DNA of 64,000 nucleotides from Tolypothrix carrinoi HA7290-LM1 (GTDB taxonomy: Bacteria; Cyanobacteriota; Cyanobacteriia; Cyanobacteriales; Nostocaceae). The stretch's first letter is position 1. Each line of letters opens with the position of its first letter. Location of the stretch: the NCBI GenBank assembly GCA_019358935.1, contig JAHHIK010000020.1:1-64000 (forward strand). The letters run 5' to 3'. Both the position numbers and the translations under genes were made by a program. The notes under the pieces are model-generated. The model worked only from the letters and a program-made list of their open reading frames with translations, was not told where the DNA came from and did not search any database. Shown piece by piece: positions 28,660 through 38,286 of this stretch.

Positions 28660-30192
28660 TTACCTCGGTCTTCCTAGAGTTGTGATGTAAACAACTGCTT
28701 CCTCAGCAGGAATACCTAAAACATCATTTACATGGTCGTCGAAGAAGCCACCGATACCGCTGACACCCAAATTGAGGCGAATAGCCGCTAAATTCAGCCT
28801 TTGCCCCAAATGACCGGCATCCATATGTAAATAACGGTAAACGCGATCGCCATATTGACCCACGGCGTTTTTCAAATCTGCCGTATGGAAAAGCACCGCA
28901 GCCGCATCTCGCCCTAATTCTTGTCCCAAGCAGAGATAGTGTAATTCTCGCTGGAAGTTTTTAAAGCGAATTTGTCTTAATTCTTGCGCTAGTGGTGCGT
29001 AATAATAACAGCCTGCGTCAAGTCCTTTCACTCCAGAAACAGCAATAAATGTTTCGATGAGATTCAAATCAAAGTAGTCTGGTTGTGGATCTAAACCTTG
29101 GTCGATGTAACTTTTCGGCTGGTAAGTAAAATTGAGTAAAGCTTTCAGTTCATCAAAAGTTAAATTGCTACCGCTGTAAGCACGGGTAGAACGTCGCTTC
29201 AGGATGTTGACTTCCAGTTCGTCTAGCTTGTTTCCCCAGTCGATGGGTGTGGTAGCGGTAGAAATTTTTTGACAAAAAGGAAAGTTGTATTTATCTTCTA
29301 GGGATTTTTCTTGTTTCACCTCTGGTAAGTTGAGCTTGCCAGTGGTGCCTGGTAAGATTTTTGTGGAGGTATGGAAATATCTCAACAGTTCGCCATCGGG
29401 TATTTGCGGATAATCAATTTGCGTGGCGGATGGTAAAGCGGTTCGTGCTAAAGGCAGATTTTGTTTGACATCCAATAAGTCAGCCAAAGGCAGAACAGCT
29501 ACTGCCCCTTCTTGTTGTGAATCGATATAAAGTAGTTCGTTCACCGCATCATCGACAAAACCGCCGATTAAATGAGGGCGATAATCTGTAATTGCACCAG
29601 CTAACTCAATATTGCCTAAAAGATGTCCGGAATCGAGAAAAATCCGGCGATAAGCGCGATCTTCATAGCGCCATTGCGAACGATAGAAAACCGCAGTGAT
29701 GACAATCGCCAATTGGGTATTTTCTAATGTCGGATGCCACAAACAAGCTGATTGCAAAGCTTGCCAAACATCACTTTCCCAATAATGCATCAGCGAATGA
29801 TTGCGACACTGATAATTGTATAATCCAGGTGGTAACAACGGCGTACCGCGAGAAACTACATATACCTCAGCCGGATACAATCCACCCGCACTCGGCGCGG
29901 ATCGCAGATAAACTGTGCTTCCCATCGAAGGCATTTTCGCCGTCAGCCCATAACTACAAAATAGCAGCCGCGAAAGTCTTTGCCACCATTGAGCATCTGG
30001 GTTATCGGCAAATTCCTCATGTGTTTCTTGGATGTAGGGTTTGAGATCGAAGTCAGAGCCAATTTTGTACTCTTTAAAAGGCACAGGCTGCTTTGCCCAG
30101 TCAATACTGTGACTTTTCGAGGCAAGTGTTTGCGGATCGTATTTAGTGCGATCGTGGTAGTGCTGGGCAATTGATTGGCGTAGTTCTGGCAT
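28660..30192 (-). CDS. SagB/ThcOx-like nitroreductase-family dehydrogenase (two domains)
   Basis: RSAPSAGGLYPAEVY, ILKRRSTRAY, RYLHMDAGHLGQRL, GIGGFFD. Confidence 0.85.
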   Translation of the reverse strand: MPELRQSIAQHYHDRTKYDPQTLASKSHSIDWAKQPVPFKEYKIGSDFDLKPYIQETHEEFADNPDAQWWQRLSRLLFCSYGLTAKMPSMGSTVYLRSAPSAGGLYPAEVYVVSRGTPLLPPGLYNYQCRNHSLMHYWESDVWQALQSACLWHPTLENTQLAIVITAVFYRSQWRYEDRAYRRIFLDSGHLLGNIELAGAITDYRPHLIGGFVDDAVNELLYIDSQQEGAVAVLPLADLLDVKQNLPLARTALPSATQIDYPQIPDGELLRYFHTSTKILPGTTGKLNLPEVKQEKSLEDKYNFPFCQKISTATTPIDWGNKLDELEVNILKRRSTRAYSGSNLTFDELKALLNFTYQPKSYIDQGLDPQPDYFDLNLIETFIAVSGVKGLDAGCYYYAPLAQELRQIRFKNFQRELHYLCLGQELGRDAAAVLFHTADLKNAVGQYGDRVYRYLHMDAGHLGQRLNLAAIRLNLGVSGIGGFFDDHVNDVLGIPAEEAVVYITTLGRPR

Positions 30193-30305
30193 ACGAGCTT
30201 TAATATCCTTCTACTACCTATCTTGGCACTTGGGAGCTTATAAGTTTCGTCTTCATTGGTACAAATGCTGAGTGGGAAAGTTAATGCTTAAGGCACGTTT
30301 TCAAA

Positions 30306-30538
30306 CCCCAGTGGTTACAAAAACATCTTCCTCTGTGTTTAATAAAGCTTAAGCTGTGGTTATGAAAACATCACATGGTATAAGTAACGCTTAAACTGTA
30401 ATTAAATAAACATAAACTGTGCTTATATATGCATCAGCTGTGGTTATGAAAACATCACATGGTATAAGTAACGCTTAAGCTGTGAGAAATAACGCTGAAG
30501 ATGTGGTTATGAATGCATCAGCTGTGGTTATTTATAAG
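30306..30538. repeat. Degenerate 21-bp tandem array with an 84-bp super-period
   Basis: AGCTGTGGTTATGAAAACATCACATGGTATAAGTAACGCTTAA at 30352 and 30436; intervening units keep 21-bp spacing. Confidence 0.85.
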
Positions 30539-30731
30539 CTTCAGATCCCCGACTTCAAGTGAAGATACACAAGCGCGATTTAGGGTGTCGGGCAAAAGCG
30601 TGCAACACGCTATACCACAGAACGAGTGCGATCGCTCTTCTTGAAATTGGAGCGTGTGTTTAGCCCAAAATGCCGGTATAATGCTTTTCACAAGCCAAAC
30701 AAGGATTTTTAGCTTACGGAAGTTATTACTC

Positions 30732-31439
30732 ATGGTTATGAATTCTTTTCCAGCCACTGACAACATCATGAGTGATGTCGCCATTGGTAACTTTCAACGT
30801 GTTATTCAAGAACAGGGCTATCTATATCTTGAAGAATTACCCGATAATTTCGACCATCTAGCATTCGCAGAAAAATTTGGCACTCTTATCCCACACAGAT
30901 ACAACGGCGAATATATATTCTCAATCAAAGTCGAGCCGAAGCTGGGAGAGCGATACCCTGCATTCACTACAAATGAGGTTGAACCTCACACCGAGAACTA
31001 TGAATATGAGTATGTTCCTCTACATTATCAATCTTTGTGGTGCGTCACTCCGGCAAAATGTGGCGGTGGACATACACTATTAGCCGATGGTTACGCTTTT
31101 GTCAACTCGCTTAGTGATGAAGAGCGCGAATACATTACAAAAAACAAGTTTGATTTTATTACTCCTTCGGGCAGCATCGTCAAACATCCGCTTTACGATG
31201 TTGAATCGCACTCTCAACCGATAGTCAGGTTCAACTTCAGCAACCTCAAACGTGAGGACAATGCATATTTGGACGACATCGCAAAGCGTTTTTTACAGTT
31301 CTTCGACGATGAAAAAATCTCGATTAAGTGGTCGAAAAACGGCTTTTTAATTTGGGATAACTTTCGGATGCTGCACTCACGAACTCAATATCAGGATCGC
31401 GATCGCGAACTGAAGCGAGTTTACATGAATGATAAGTAG
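30732..31439 (+). CDS. TauD/clavaminate-synthase-like Fe(II)/2-oxoglutarate oxygenase (start uncertain: 30654, 30732 or 30738)
   Basis: PHTE (HxE), GGGHTLLADG, WDNFRMLHSR, distal R..KRVY; TATAAT at 30677 favours a later start. Confidence 0.8.
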   Translation: MVMNSFPATDNIMSDVAIGNFQRVIQEQGYLYLEELPDNFDHLAFAEKFGTLIPHRYNGEYIFSIKVEPKLGERYPAFTTNEVEPHTENYEYEYVPLHYQSLWCVTPAKCGGGHTLLADGYAFVNSLSDEEREYITKNKFDFITPSGSIVKHPLYDVESHSQPIVRFNFSNLKREDNAYLDDIAKRFLQFFDDEKISIKWSKNGFLIWDNFRMLHSRTQYQDRDRELKRVYMNDK

Positions 31440-31470
31440 CACTCTCTCAAACTGCCTTTTCCCTGTTTTC

Positions 31471-31569
31471 CTTTAGGACTTACGCTTTTAAGACCAAAAA
31501 ACGAACCGCTCCAGAACGCAGAGAACACAGAGGAATAGGAGGAGCGAGAGAGTTTTTGCACTCATTCCT
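31471..31569 (+). mobile_element. AGGACTTACGC-family MITE-like copy, inner end degenerate
   Basis: CTTTAGGACTTACGC..AAAACGAACCGCTCCAGAACGCAGAG; complete relative at 39260-39350. Confidence 0.65.
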
Positions 31570-31616
31570 GCCCTTTTTCAAGTAAGGTCAAACTGACAGA
31601 ACATAAATCTAAATAA

Positions 31617-32675
31617 ATGACAACCACACCAGTTAGCACGTCTTCAATCGAAGCTAAGAAAAAACTTTTTGATATGGTTTTGGCTTTTGTAAAAAGCCAG
31701 TGTATTTATACTGCTGCTCGTTTAGGGATATTTAACCTGCTTCAAGACGAGGGAGAGCAAAGTCTGGAAACTATAGCCGAAAAGACAAATACTAAACCTG
31801 AAAGGCTTTATTTTGTGCTTCGTGCTTTAGCTCATTTAGACGTGTTAAAGCAAAAGCCAGGACGAGTTTTTGCTTCTACTGAACTCTCAGACTTGCTTGT
31901 AACTAACAAAGGTCCTTCGATGGGTCATTTTGCCATGCACATCATCGAACCCGCTCAGTGGGACGCTTGGAAAGTGCTGGAAGATGCTTTGCATACTGGT
32001 GAAGTGCCATTTGAAAGAGCAAACGGTAAGGGTGTTTATCAGTTTTGTCAAGACAACGAATGGAGTGGTGATGTTTTCATCAATGCTATGAGTTTCTTGA
32101 CAAATCACGCCGTTGATGCATTGATGGATGTGTATGATTTTAGCCGCTTTGAGACAGTAATGGACGTTGGCGGCGGACAGGGTGGACTAATTGCGCGAAT
32201 TGTCAAGCGCTTTGGCTGTAAAGGAATATTATTTGAAGTGCCTTATGTAGCCGAAACAGCCGCAGCTTATTTGCAACAGCAAGGAGTTGACAAAGATGCG
32301 GTGCAAATCATCACAGGGGATGTATTTGTAGAAATTCCTTCATGTGCGGATGCGATCGTCATGAAATATTTTATCTCAGCGTGGAATGACGAAGACGCGA
32401 TGAAAATTTTGCACAACTGCAAGCAAGCACTACCACCGCACGGAAAAATAATTCTATTGCAAGCTTTCGTCCCCGATTTAGATGAGCCGAAAGTTGCTCC
32501 CGATGGTGTAATGCCGGGAGTATTTGCCGTACAAGTTAATGTAGCAGTTCCGGGGGGCGGATGGCGCACGCGGCAACATTTTCAAGAGTTGTTTGAGAAG
32601 TCTGGTTTTGTGTTAGAAAAAGTGGTTGACACGCAAACCAACCTTTCAGCAATGGAATTTGGTTTGGTGTCTTAA
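31617..32675 (+). CDS. SAM-dependent O-methyltransferase (family 2, dimerisation + catalytic domains)
   Basis: SQCIYTAARLGIF, VMDVGGGQG, ITGDVF, WNDEDAMKIL. Confidence 0.88.
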   Translation: MTTTPVSTSSIEAKKKLFDMVLAFVKSQCIYTAARLGIFNLLQDEGEQSLETIAEKTNTKPERLYFVLRALAHLDVLKQKPGRVFASTELSDLLVTNKGPSMGHFAMHIIEPAQWDAWKVLEDALHTGEVPFERANGKGVYQFCQDNEWSGDVFINAMSFLTNHAVDALMDVYDFSRFETVMDVGGGQGGLIARIVKRFGCKGILFEVPYVAETAAAYLQQQGVDKDAVQIITGDVFVEIPSCADAIVMKYFISAWNDEDAMKILHNCKQALPPHGKIILLQAFVPDLDEPKVAPDGVMPGVFAVQVNVAVPGGGWRTRQHFQELFEKSGFVLEKVVDTQTNLSAMEFGLVS

Positions 32676-32796
32676 TTACTGCCTTTTTGCTCTGCAAAAG
32701 TGAAAATAAGGTAGGGTGTGTTAGACGAGAGTACGGCACCTTGGATTATTGATGGTGCGTACGCTCACGCTAACGCACCCTACAATTTAAATTTCT

Positions 32797-32882
32797 CAAA
32801 AACTCTCCCAAACTCTTATTTCTCTGTGTCCTCCGCGTTCTGGAGCGGTTCGTTTTCTCATCATTCTGCGTAAGTCCTAAAG
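32797..32882 (-). mobile_element. Inverted MITE-like copy matching the one at 31471
   Basis: GCGTTCTGGAGCGGTTCGTTTT..GCGTAAGTCCTAAAG. Confidence 0.65.
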
Positions 32883-32961
32883 ATAAAGGATAAAATAGGT
32901 ATTCTTTGAGTATAAAGAAAGTAAGACGCGCTTTTACAACAATATTAAGGGATAGAAGGTA

Positions 32962-34152
32962 ATGCGGCGAGTTATCTGCATCATGGTTCTGTTTTATTTA
33001 ATTCAAACTTACGGAAGTCTTCCAGGACTTTTTGGACTTCCGCTTACCATTTATCTCAAAGAAAACCTGCAACTTTCACCGGCACAGTTGGCAAGTTTTA
33101 GCAGTTTAGTTTTTACTCCTTGGATGATTAGACCACTTTACGGAATTATTGGTGATGCGATTCCGATATTTGGCTATCAGTTCAAAAGCTATTTCTTTAT
33201 TTGTTATACGCTAGCGCTGGGAATCTTTTTAGGATTAGCTGGCTTGAAATCTTACACGATTAATTTGCTGGCGATCGCTATAATTTTAGTCAATCTATCT
33301 ATAGCCTTTAGCGACGTCCTTACAGATAAAATTATGGTCGTTCAAGGCAGGATTTTTAACAACACTGCTGCTTTACAAGCGGCTCAATGGACTGCTCTTG
33401 GTTTTGGGAAAGCGCTGCTGTATTATATTAGCGGCTGGCTGGCTCAAAATTCTACTTTAGCGATCGCGTTTGGCATTAATGCAATTGTGCCCTTGATTGG
33501 TTTAGTCGGAACCTTTGTGTTACTTGGGGATGAAAAAAAGCAGAAAGAAAAAGTTTTAGTCAAAACTAGTCTAAAATCCCTTTGGTCAGCAATCAAATCA
33601 CCGCAGTTTCTAGCTGTTGTTGGCTTTATTGCTTGCCTTGAATTTACTCTCGTCCCGCCTCTTGTCAATTACATCATATATTACTATCAAGATGCTTTAA
33701 ACTTAGATAAACAATCTTTAGGTATTTTGGGTACATATGAAGCGATCGCTAATGCTTTAGGTGCAATTGTTTTTGGCATCTTTTCTTGGAAGATTTCCCG
33801 ACAGTTACTGTTAAATATGGCGATTGGATTAACTGCTATTTCCACACTCGGTTTGTTATTTATATCTAATATGCAAACCGCTAGCTTGGTGAGTATCTTT
33901 TTTGGATTTTTTGCCATGATAGCCATGCTGGGTGTATTAGAAATCGCTGCTAGAGCTTGTCCTGTTGGTGCAGAAGGTTCAGCTTATGCATTGCTAATGT
34001 CTGTATATATCTTTGCTAAACAACCAGGTCCAATCTTAGGCGGTTACTTATATAATTGGGGAGTTGCACCTTCAATTCTTGTTATTATCAGTGCAGGATT
34101 TACAGCGCTGTGCTGGTTTCTAATTCCTCTACTTAAATTAAAGCAAGAATAA
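32962..34152 (+). CDS. MFS transporter, folate-biopterin (BT1)-like
   Basis: About 12 hydrophobic segments; PWMIRPLYGIIGDAIPIFGY, AFSDVLTD, ARACPVGAEGSAYALLMS. Confidence 0.8.
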   Translation: MRRVICIMVLFYLIQTYGSLPGLFGLPLTIYLKENLQLSPAQLASFSSLVFTPWMIRPLYGIIGDAIPIFGYQFKSYFFICYTLALGIFLGLAGLKSYTINLLAIAIILVNLSIAFSDVLTDKIMVVQGRIFNNTAALQAAQWTALGFGKALLYYISGWLAQNSTLAIAFGINAIVPLIGLVGTFVLLGDEKKQKEKVLVKTSLKSLWSAIKSPQFLAVVGFIACLEFTLVPPLVNYIIYYYQDALNLDKQSLGILGTYEAIANALGAIVFGIFSWKISRQLLLNMAIGLTAISTLGLLFISNMQTASLVSIFFGFFAMIAMLGVLEIAARACPVGAEGSAYALLMSVYIFAKQPGPILGGYLYNWGVAPSILVIISAGFTALCWFLIPLLKLKQE

Positions 34153-34184
34153 TTGAAAGTGGAACTCTACTTAACTATCAAGAA

Positions 34185-34400
34185 TTATGATTCTGATTCC
34201 AACTTTCTTATTTGCTCCTGAATTAACTCTGGTAGCTTTGCAAAATCTTCTGGAGTTTTCGGAAATGGATGCCATCCTGGGTCTTTTGGGTCAGCTTTAA
34301 AACGGTCAACAAACTTGTAAAAAGCTTCTTGGTCATGCGTATGAGTAACTATATAAGCTCTCAGTTCAGCTTTGCTCATCTTGTCAAAATCTGGTTTCAT
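34185..34400 (-). CDS. DUF6887-like small protein
   Basis: MKPDFDKMSKAELRAYIVTHTHDQEAFYKFVDR; ATGA overlap with the upstream gene. Confidence 0.7.
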   Translation of the reverse strand: MKPDFDKMSKAELRAYIVTHTHDQEAFYKFVDRFKADPKDPGWHPFPKTPEDFAKLPELIQEQIRKLESES

Positions 34401-34576
34401 ATTATAAATATCCATGTACCATCACGACTAACTTCGATTTCAAGTTCATCCCCAGCTAGGATGTATATGTTGCCTGTACGTTCATCTAGACGTAACAGCA
34501 GTATCGGTTTATAGAAAGTCGTCAAGGACTGACAGAGAATGATGCAAAATAGTCCTTGGTCTGCTGTTGGAAGAAT
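34397..34576 (-). CDS. DUF6888-like small protein with probable ATT start (missed by the ORF track)
   Basis: ILPTADQGLFCIILCQSLTTFYKPILLLRLDERTGNIYILAGDELEIEVSRDGTWIFII*; GAGGAG 5 nt upstream. Confidence 0.65.
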   Translation of the reverse strand: MLPTADQGLFCIILCQSLTTFYKPILLLRLDERTGNIYILAGDELEIEVSRDGTWIFII

Positions 34577-34675
34577 ACCTGCTCCTCTAAAACTTCATTG
34601 TAATTTCCATAAAGTTCATTATAGAGGCAGGATTATGGCAAGTGCAATTGTTCTAACTATTACAATAAAAAACTT

Positions 34676-35704
34676 ATGCCTTGGTATCCTCGAAACAAAT
34701 ATTGCTGGGATTTCTGGTTTGCTTGGCAAGGGCAAACACTACACGTTTTCTACCTGCAAGCCTCACAATTACTTTGTGCCTATAATGCCGAAAGAAGGCA
34801 CGGTTTAGCATCAGTTGGTCATGCTGTCCTCACTGATTTTGGTTGGAAAGAAATTGATCCAGACAAGCCAATATTAGAAAAAAGAGAGGGTAATTTCTGG
34901 GATAATATGGCGATTTGGACGGGAAGCATCATTCAAGAAGATAATCTTTACTATCTGTTCTATACAGCGCGACGTAGAGAAGATTTGTTGGTAGAAACAC
35001 CTCACGAACGCCGTTTACCCCAAAACATTGGTGTTGCCACTTCAAAAGATTTAAGAAATTGGACAAGAACACCTGCCACTTTAAAAAAACCTGTTATTCC
35101 CAATCCGGGAATCAAGAGTGAATTTGATGGCAGTAACTGGCGCGATCCTTATGTGATTAAAGATGATACTGACGGAAAATATTATGCTTTTATCTGTGCG
35201 CGTCCTAGAGAGTCGGCAGCGGATGTGGGGGGTGTTATAGCAATTGCGACTTCATCCAATTTGTCGGATTGGCAAGATGAACCCTATAAAATTTTGTATC
35301 AGAGCGATCAATTCTATTTGATGGAAGTGCCGCAAGTTTTTTGGCGGAAGACGAATGATGGTAAATACTGGCGCTTTTACCTTTTGTTCGGTCCTCATTG
35401 GAGTCCTTTTTTTATTAGTAAAGTGCCAATAGGAGTAACTTACTACGTTTGTTCCCAGCCGATAGAAGATAGAAGCAAAGTTAGTTACGATCGCATTCCT
35501 TGGGAAAATGAACCTGCGAATATACTATGCAAAAATTACTATGTTGGTAAGTTTGTCAACCCGGAAACCGAAACTTACCCAGCGTTCTTTGGTTTCCGAA
35601 AACAAGATGAAGGCGGACACTTTGTCGGCGGAATATCCGATCCGCAGTGGGCGACTTTCGCTGATGATGGCACTATTAGTTTATCCGACTTTAAGCCCAA
35701 TTAA
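34676..35704 (+). CDS. Five-bladed beta-propeller glycoside hydrolase, clan GH-J (GH32/GH68-like)
   Basis: CWDFW, IWTGS, WRDPY, MEVPQ; no signal peptide seen. Confidence 0.75.
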   Translation: MPWYPRNKYCWDFWFAWQGQTLHVFYLQASQLLCAYNAERRHGLASVGHAVLTDFGWKEIDPDKPILEKREGNFWDNMAIWTGSIIQEDNLYYLFYTARRREDLLVETPHERRLPQNIGVATSKDLRNWTRTPATLKKPVIPNPGIKSEFDGSNWRDPYVIKDDTDGKYYAFICARPRESAADVGGVIAIATSSNLSDWQDEPYKILYQSDQFYLMEVPQVFWRKTNDGKYWRFYLLFGPHWSPFFISKVPIGVTYYVCSQPIEDRSKVSYDRIPWENEPANILCKNYYVGKFVNPETETYPAFFGFRKQDEGGHFVGGISDPQWATFADDGTISLSDFKPN

Positions 35705-35719
35705 TAAATTCGCATTCAA

Positions 35720-36889
35720 ATGAAATTAAATAAGTTACAACAAAGAATTGTCAGTATTCTTGAGCCTTTACCTATGGAAAACAAGCATTTGGCTCCAACA
35801 GGCACTCTGGAGGCGCTGCAAATTAGGATAGGCGAAACTGTCACAGGTTGGTTGCGATCGCTTCGTCGAGGTCAACCGATGCTCTGGGACCCTTGGATAC
35901 TCAAAGATGGTGATATTTATCGTATGTATTACTTACAAGCGCTAGAAAGAGAAGACCCTTGGTGGAAAAATAGTAACATCGGCGCTGCGGTTTCTACTGA
36001 TATGAACCACTGGGAAGATTTAGGAATTATTCTAGAGCCAGAGCCAGCTAATTATTGGGAATCGGGAAGAGTCTGTGCCGGTTGTACCTATAAAGAAGAT
36101 GGTATCTACTACCTGTTTTATTCAGCAGGTGGCAAAGAACCACCACACTTGAGGAATGAAGCGATTGGTTTAGCAACATCAACCGATGGCGTACACTTTT
36201 CACGTTCTAGCGATCGCCCTTTATTAACTCCAGAAAATGATGACCCTTGGTATGGACGCAGTAACTGGACAGAGCATTTACACTGGCGCGATCCTTATAT
36301 TTTTAAAGATGAGCAAACTAATAGTTACTACATGTTCATTTGTGCCGGCTCTAGAGTAACTGGTAATTTTCAAGGATGTGTTGGTTTAGCAGTAGCAGAC
36401 AAAATTACTGGTCCTTACAAATTACTACCACCTGCTGTAGAAGCACCTGTAGATGCTGTAGATTGGCCCTATTACCATTTAGAACGTCCTCAAGTCATTT
36501 ATAAAAACGGTAAATATAATTTATTCTTTTCTTGCTTTAAGCAGTTTTTTAATCCAGATTGGCTGCAAAAATTAAAGCATAAAAGAGTAACGAATTCTTC
36601 ACTCTATTGGTATATTTCTGATAATATTGCCGGACCTTATCACCCAGTAGACGATGATGATTTTATCGTTAAAGGAAGCGAAAAAACTGGAATGTATGGA
36701 ACTAATTTTCTGAAAATATCAGATGAACCAGAAGAATTTATAGCCTATGGCTGGTATCACAGACTTCACGCCTTACAAGTTTCCCAAGCATTTCGAGTGA
36801 ACTGGAAAAACACCAGCTTAGACGAAAGCAGTTATCAACACCATGACATTCTGGAAATTTTGCTGACTTCAGGTAAAACTGCTAGGTGA
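35720..36889 (+). CDS. Second clan GH-J (GH32/GH68-like) propeller protein
   Basis: LWDPW, WRDPY, HLERPQ; starts 15 bp after the first gene. Confidence 0.75.
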   Translation: MKLNKLQQRIVSILEPLPMENKHLAPTGTLEALQIRIGETVTGWLRSLRRGQPMLWDPWILKDGDIYRMYYLQALEREDPWWKNSNIGAAVSTDMNHWEDLGIILEPEPANYWESGRVCAGCTYKEDGIYYLFYSAGGKEPPHLRNEAIGLATSTDGVHFSRSSDRPLLTPENDDPWYGRSNWTEHLHWRDPYIFKDEQTNSYYMFICAGSRVTGNFQGCVGLAVADKITGPYKLLPPAVEAPVDAVDWPYYHLERPQVIYKNGKYNLFFSCFKQFFNPDWLQKLKHKRVTNSSLYWYISDNIAGPYHPVDDDDFIVKGSEKTGMYGTNFLKISDEPEEFIAYGWYHRLHALQVSQAFRVNWKNTSLDESSYQHHDILEILLTSGKTAR

Positions 36890-37010
36890 AATTGTATAGA
36901 CGTTCACATATTGTAGAGACGTTCGGTGTGGAACGTCTCTACGATGGTTATGGTGTTTTTATTACTATTAATTCAACCGCTATAATATCGGAGAAAAGCG
37001 AAAATTTATC

Positions 37011-37931
37011 CTAATCAGAATTAGTATCTGGTGTTCGCGTCAAACGTGGAGAATGTCCTCTCCGCCAACGATTAAACCCATAACCAACCGCTGCCAAAGC
37101 CAAGAAATAAGGACTGTAAACCATTAACCAAATACCCAACTTCAGCAAACCAACAGTAAAATCACCAAAAGAATTAGTAGATTTATTCCAGCTTTCTTGA
37201 AGTTGTGAACTTAAAGCGCGTTGTGTTCCGTTGCTAGAAACTGCGGCTTCTAATTTCAAAGTAATAGTTGAATAAGCAACTTGATTAGTTAAGTTTTTTA
37301 ATTGAGCAGCAATTTGTTCTATAGATTGTCGCACCTGACTAAGTTCTTGGGCAACACTTAACACATCCCTAACAGAACCAGCGCGATCCATAATTTTCTG
37401 TAAATTCGCTTCTGTTTTTCGCAAATTAGTTAATCTCGCTTGAATGTCCACTAAGCGATCGCCTACATCTTCAGCGCTAATATTGCGACTTTGTACCGTT
37501 CCCAATTTAGCTAATTCATCTAAAGTAGGTTGCAGCAAGTTTTGCGGTACTCGCAACTGTATTGATGCGGTGTGACGAGCGTTTGTTTTTGTCGGTTGTT
37601 GTTCTTGTAAACTAATTAAATCTCCTTGCTGTTTATTGATAATTTCCGAGACAGCATTAACACTTTTATCTACAGAATCAACAATCAAACTCATTGCCGC
37701 TTTTTTGATTAATTGCGGACGAGAACGAGGTACTTGTGCAGTTGTATCAGCCGTTTCAAATGTTGCAGCATCACCTGCGAGTGATGCTGCGGATTGACTT
37801 GCTGTTGTCTCATTCTTCAGTGCAGCCTCACCTAGATTAGGTGCAGAAGCACAACTTGTAAAAATTACCCCTCCCATCAGCAAAGTCAAAAATAAAGTCG
37901 GTTTTCGCGTCGCATCAGTCAAGCTGTTCAT
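37011..37931 (-). CDS. DUF4349 domain lipoprotein
   Basis: Lipobox-like FTSC, LIKKA.MSL.V, LRVP, EDVGDRLVD..ARL, C-terminal transmembrane helix. Confidence 0.8.
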   Translation of the reverse strand: MNSLTDATRKPTLFLTLLMGGVIFTSCASAPNLGEAALKNETTASQSAASLAGDAATFETADTTAQVPRSRPQLIKKAAMSLIVDSVDKSVNAVSEIINKQQGDLISLQEQQPTKTNARHTASIQLRVPQNLLQPTLDELAKLGTVQSRNISAEDVGDRLVDIQARLTNLRKTEANLQKIMDRAGSVRDVLSVAQELSQVRQSIEQIAAQLKNLTNQVAYSTITLKLEAAVSSNGTQRALSSQLQESWNKSTNSFGDFTVGLLKLGIWLMVYSPYFLALAAVGYGFNRWRRGHSPRLTRTPDTNSD

Positions 37932-38286
37932 AACCTACCCTCGGATAGTTGAAGTTAAGGCTAGTATGGCTCAATCGAAAACAGGTTTCTGGCTTTGTTG
38001 CAGTTTATGTAACACAGATAAAAATGAGCGCAAAAACCACCGAAGCTTTGATCGGAGGTTTCCTCCGCTCAAACTTCTCTCTCTCAACTCTCAACTTCTG
38101 TGTTCTCTGTGTCTCTGCGGTTCGTTTTTCCATAATTTTCTCTAATTTTGCGCTCATTCCTGAGAGGATAAATTTGTAGTTGGGGTTAAAGCGCTAAAGC
38201 GCTTACTACGAACAGATAAGCCTAACGACGGATGAATTAGGAAAAACGCTATGACTAGCTGGTACATAAGTAAATGAACCAGAAAC

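Noticed and set aside
28660..30192. Azole-containing RiPP cluster around the SagB-like gene
   Set aside because: No YcaO cyclodehydratase or Cys/Ser/Thr-rich precursor seen; stand-alone homologs are common in cyanobacteria and the gene is divergent from the oxygenase cluster
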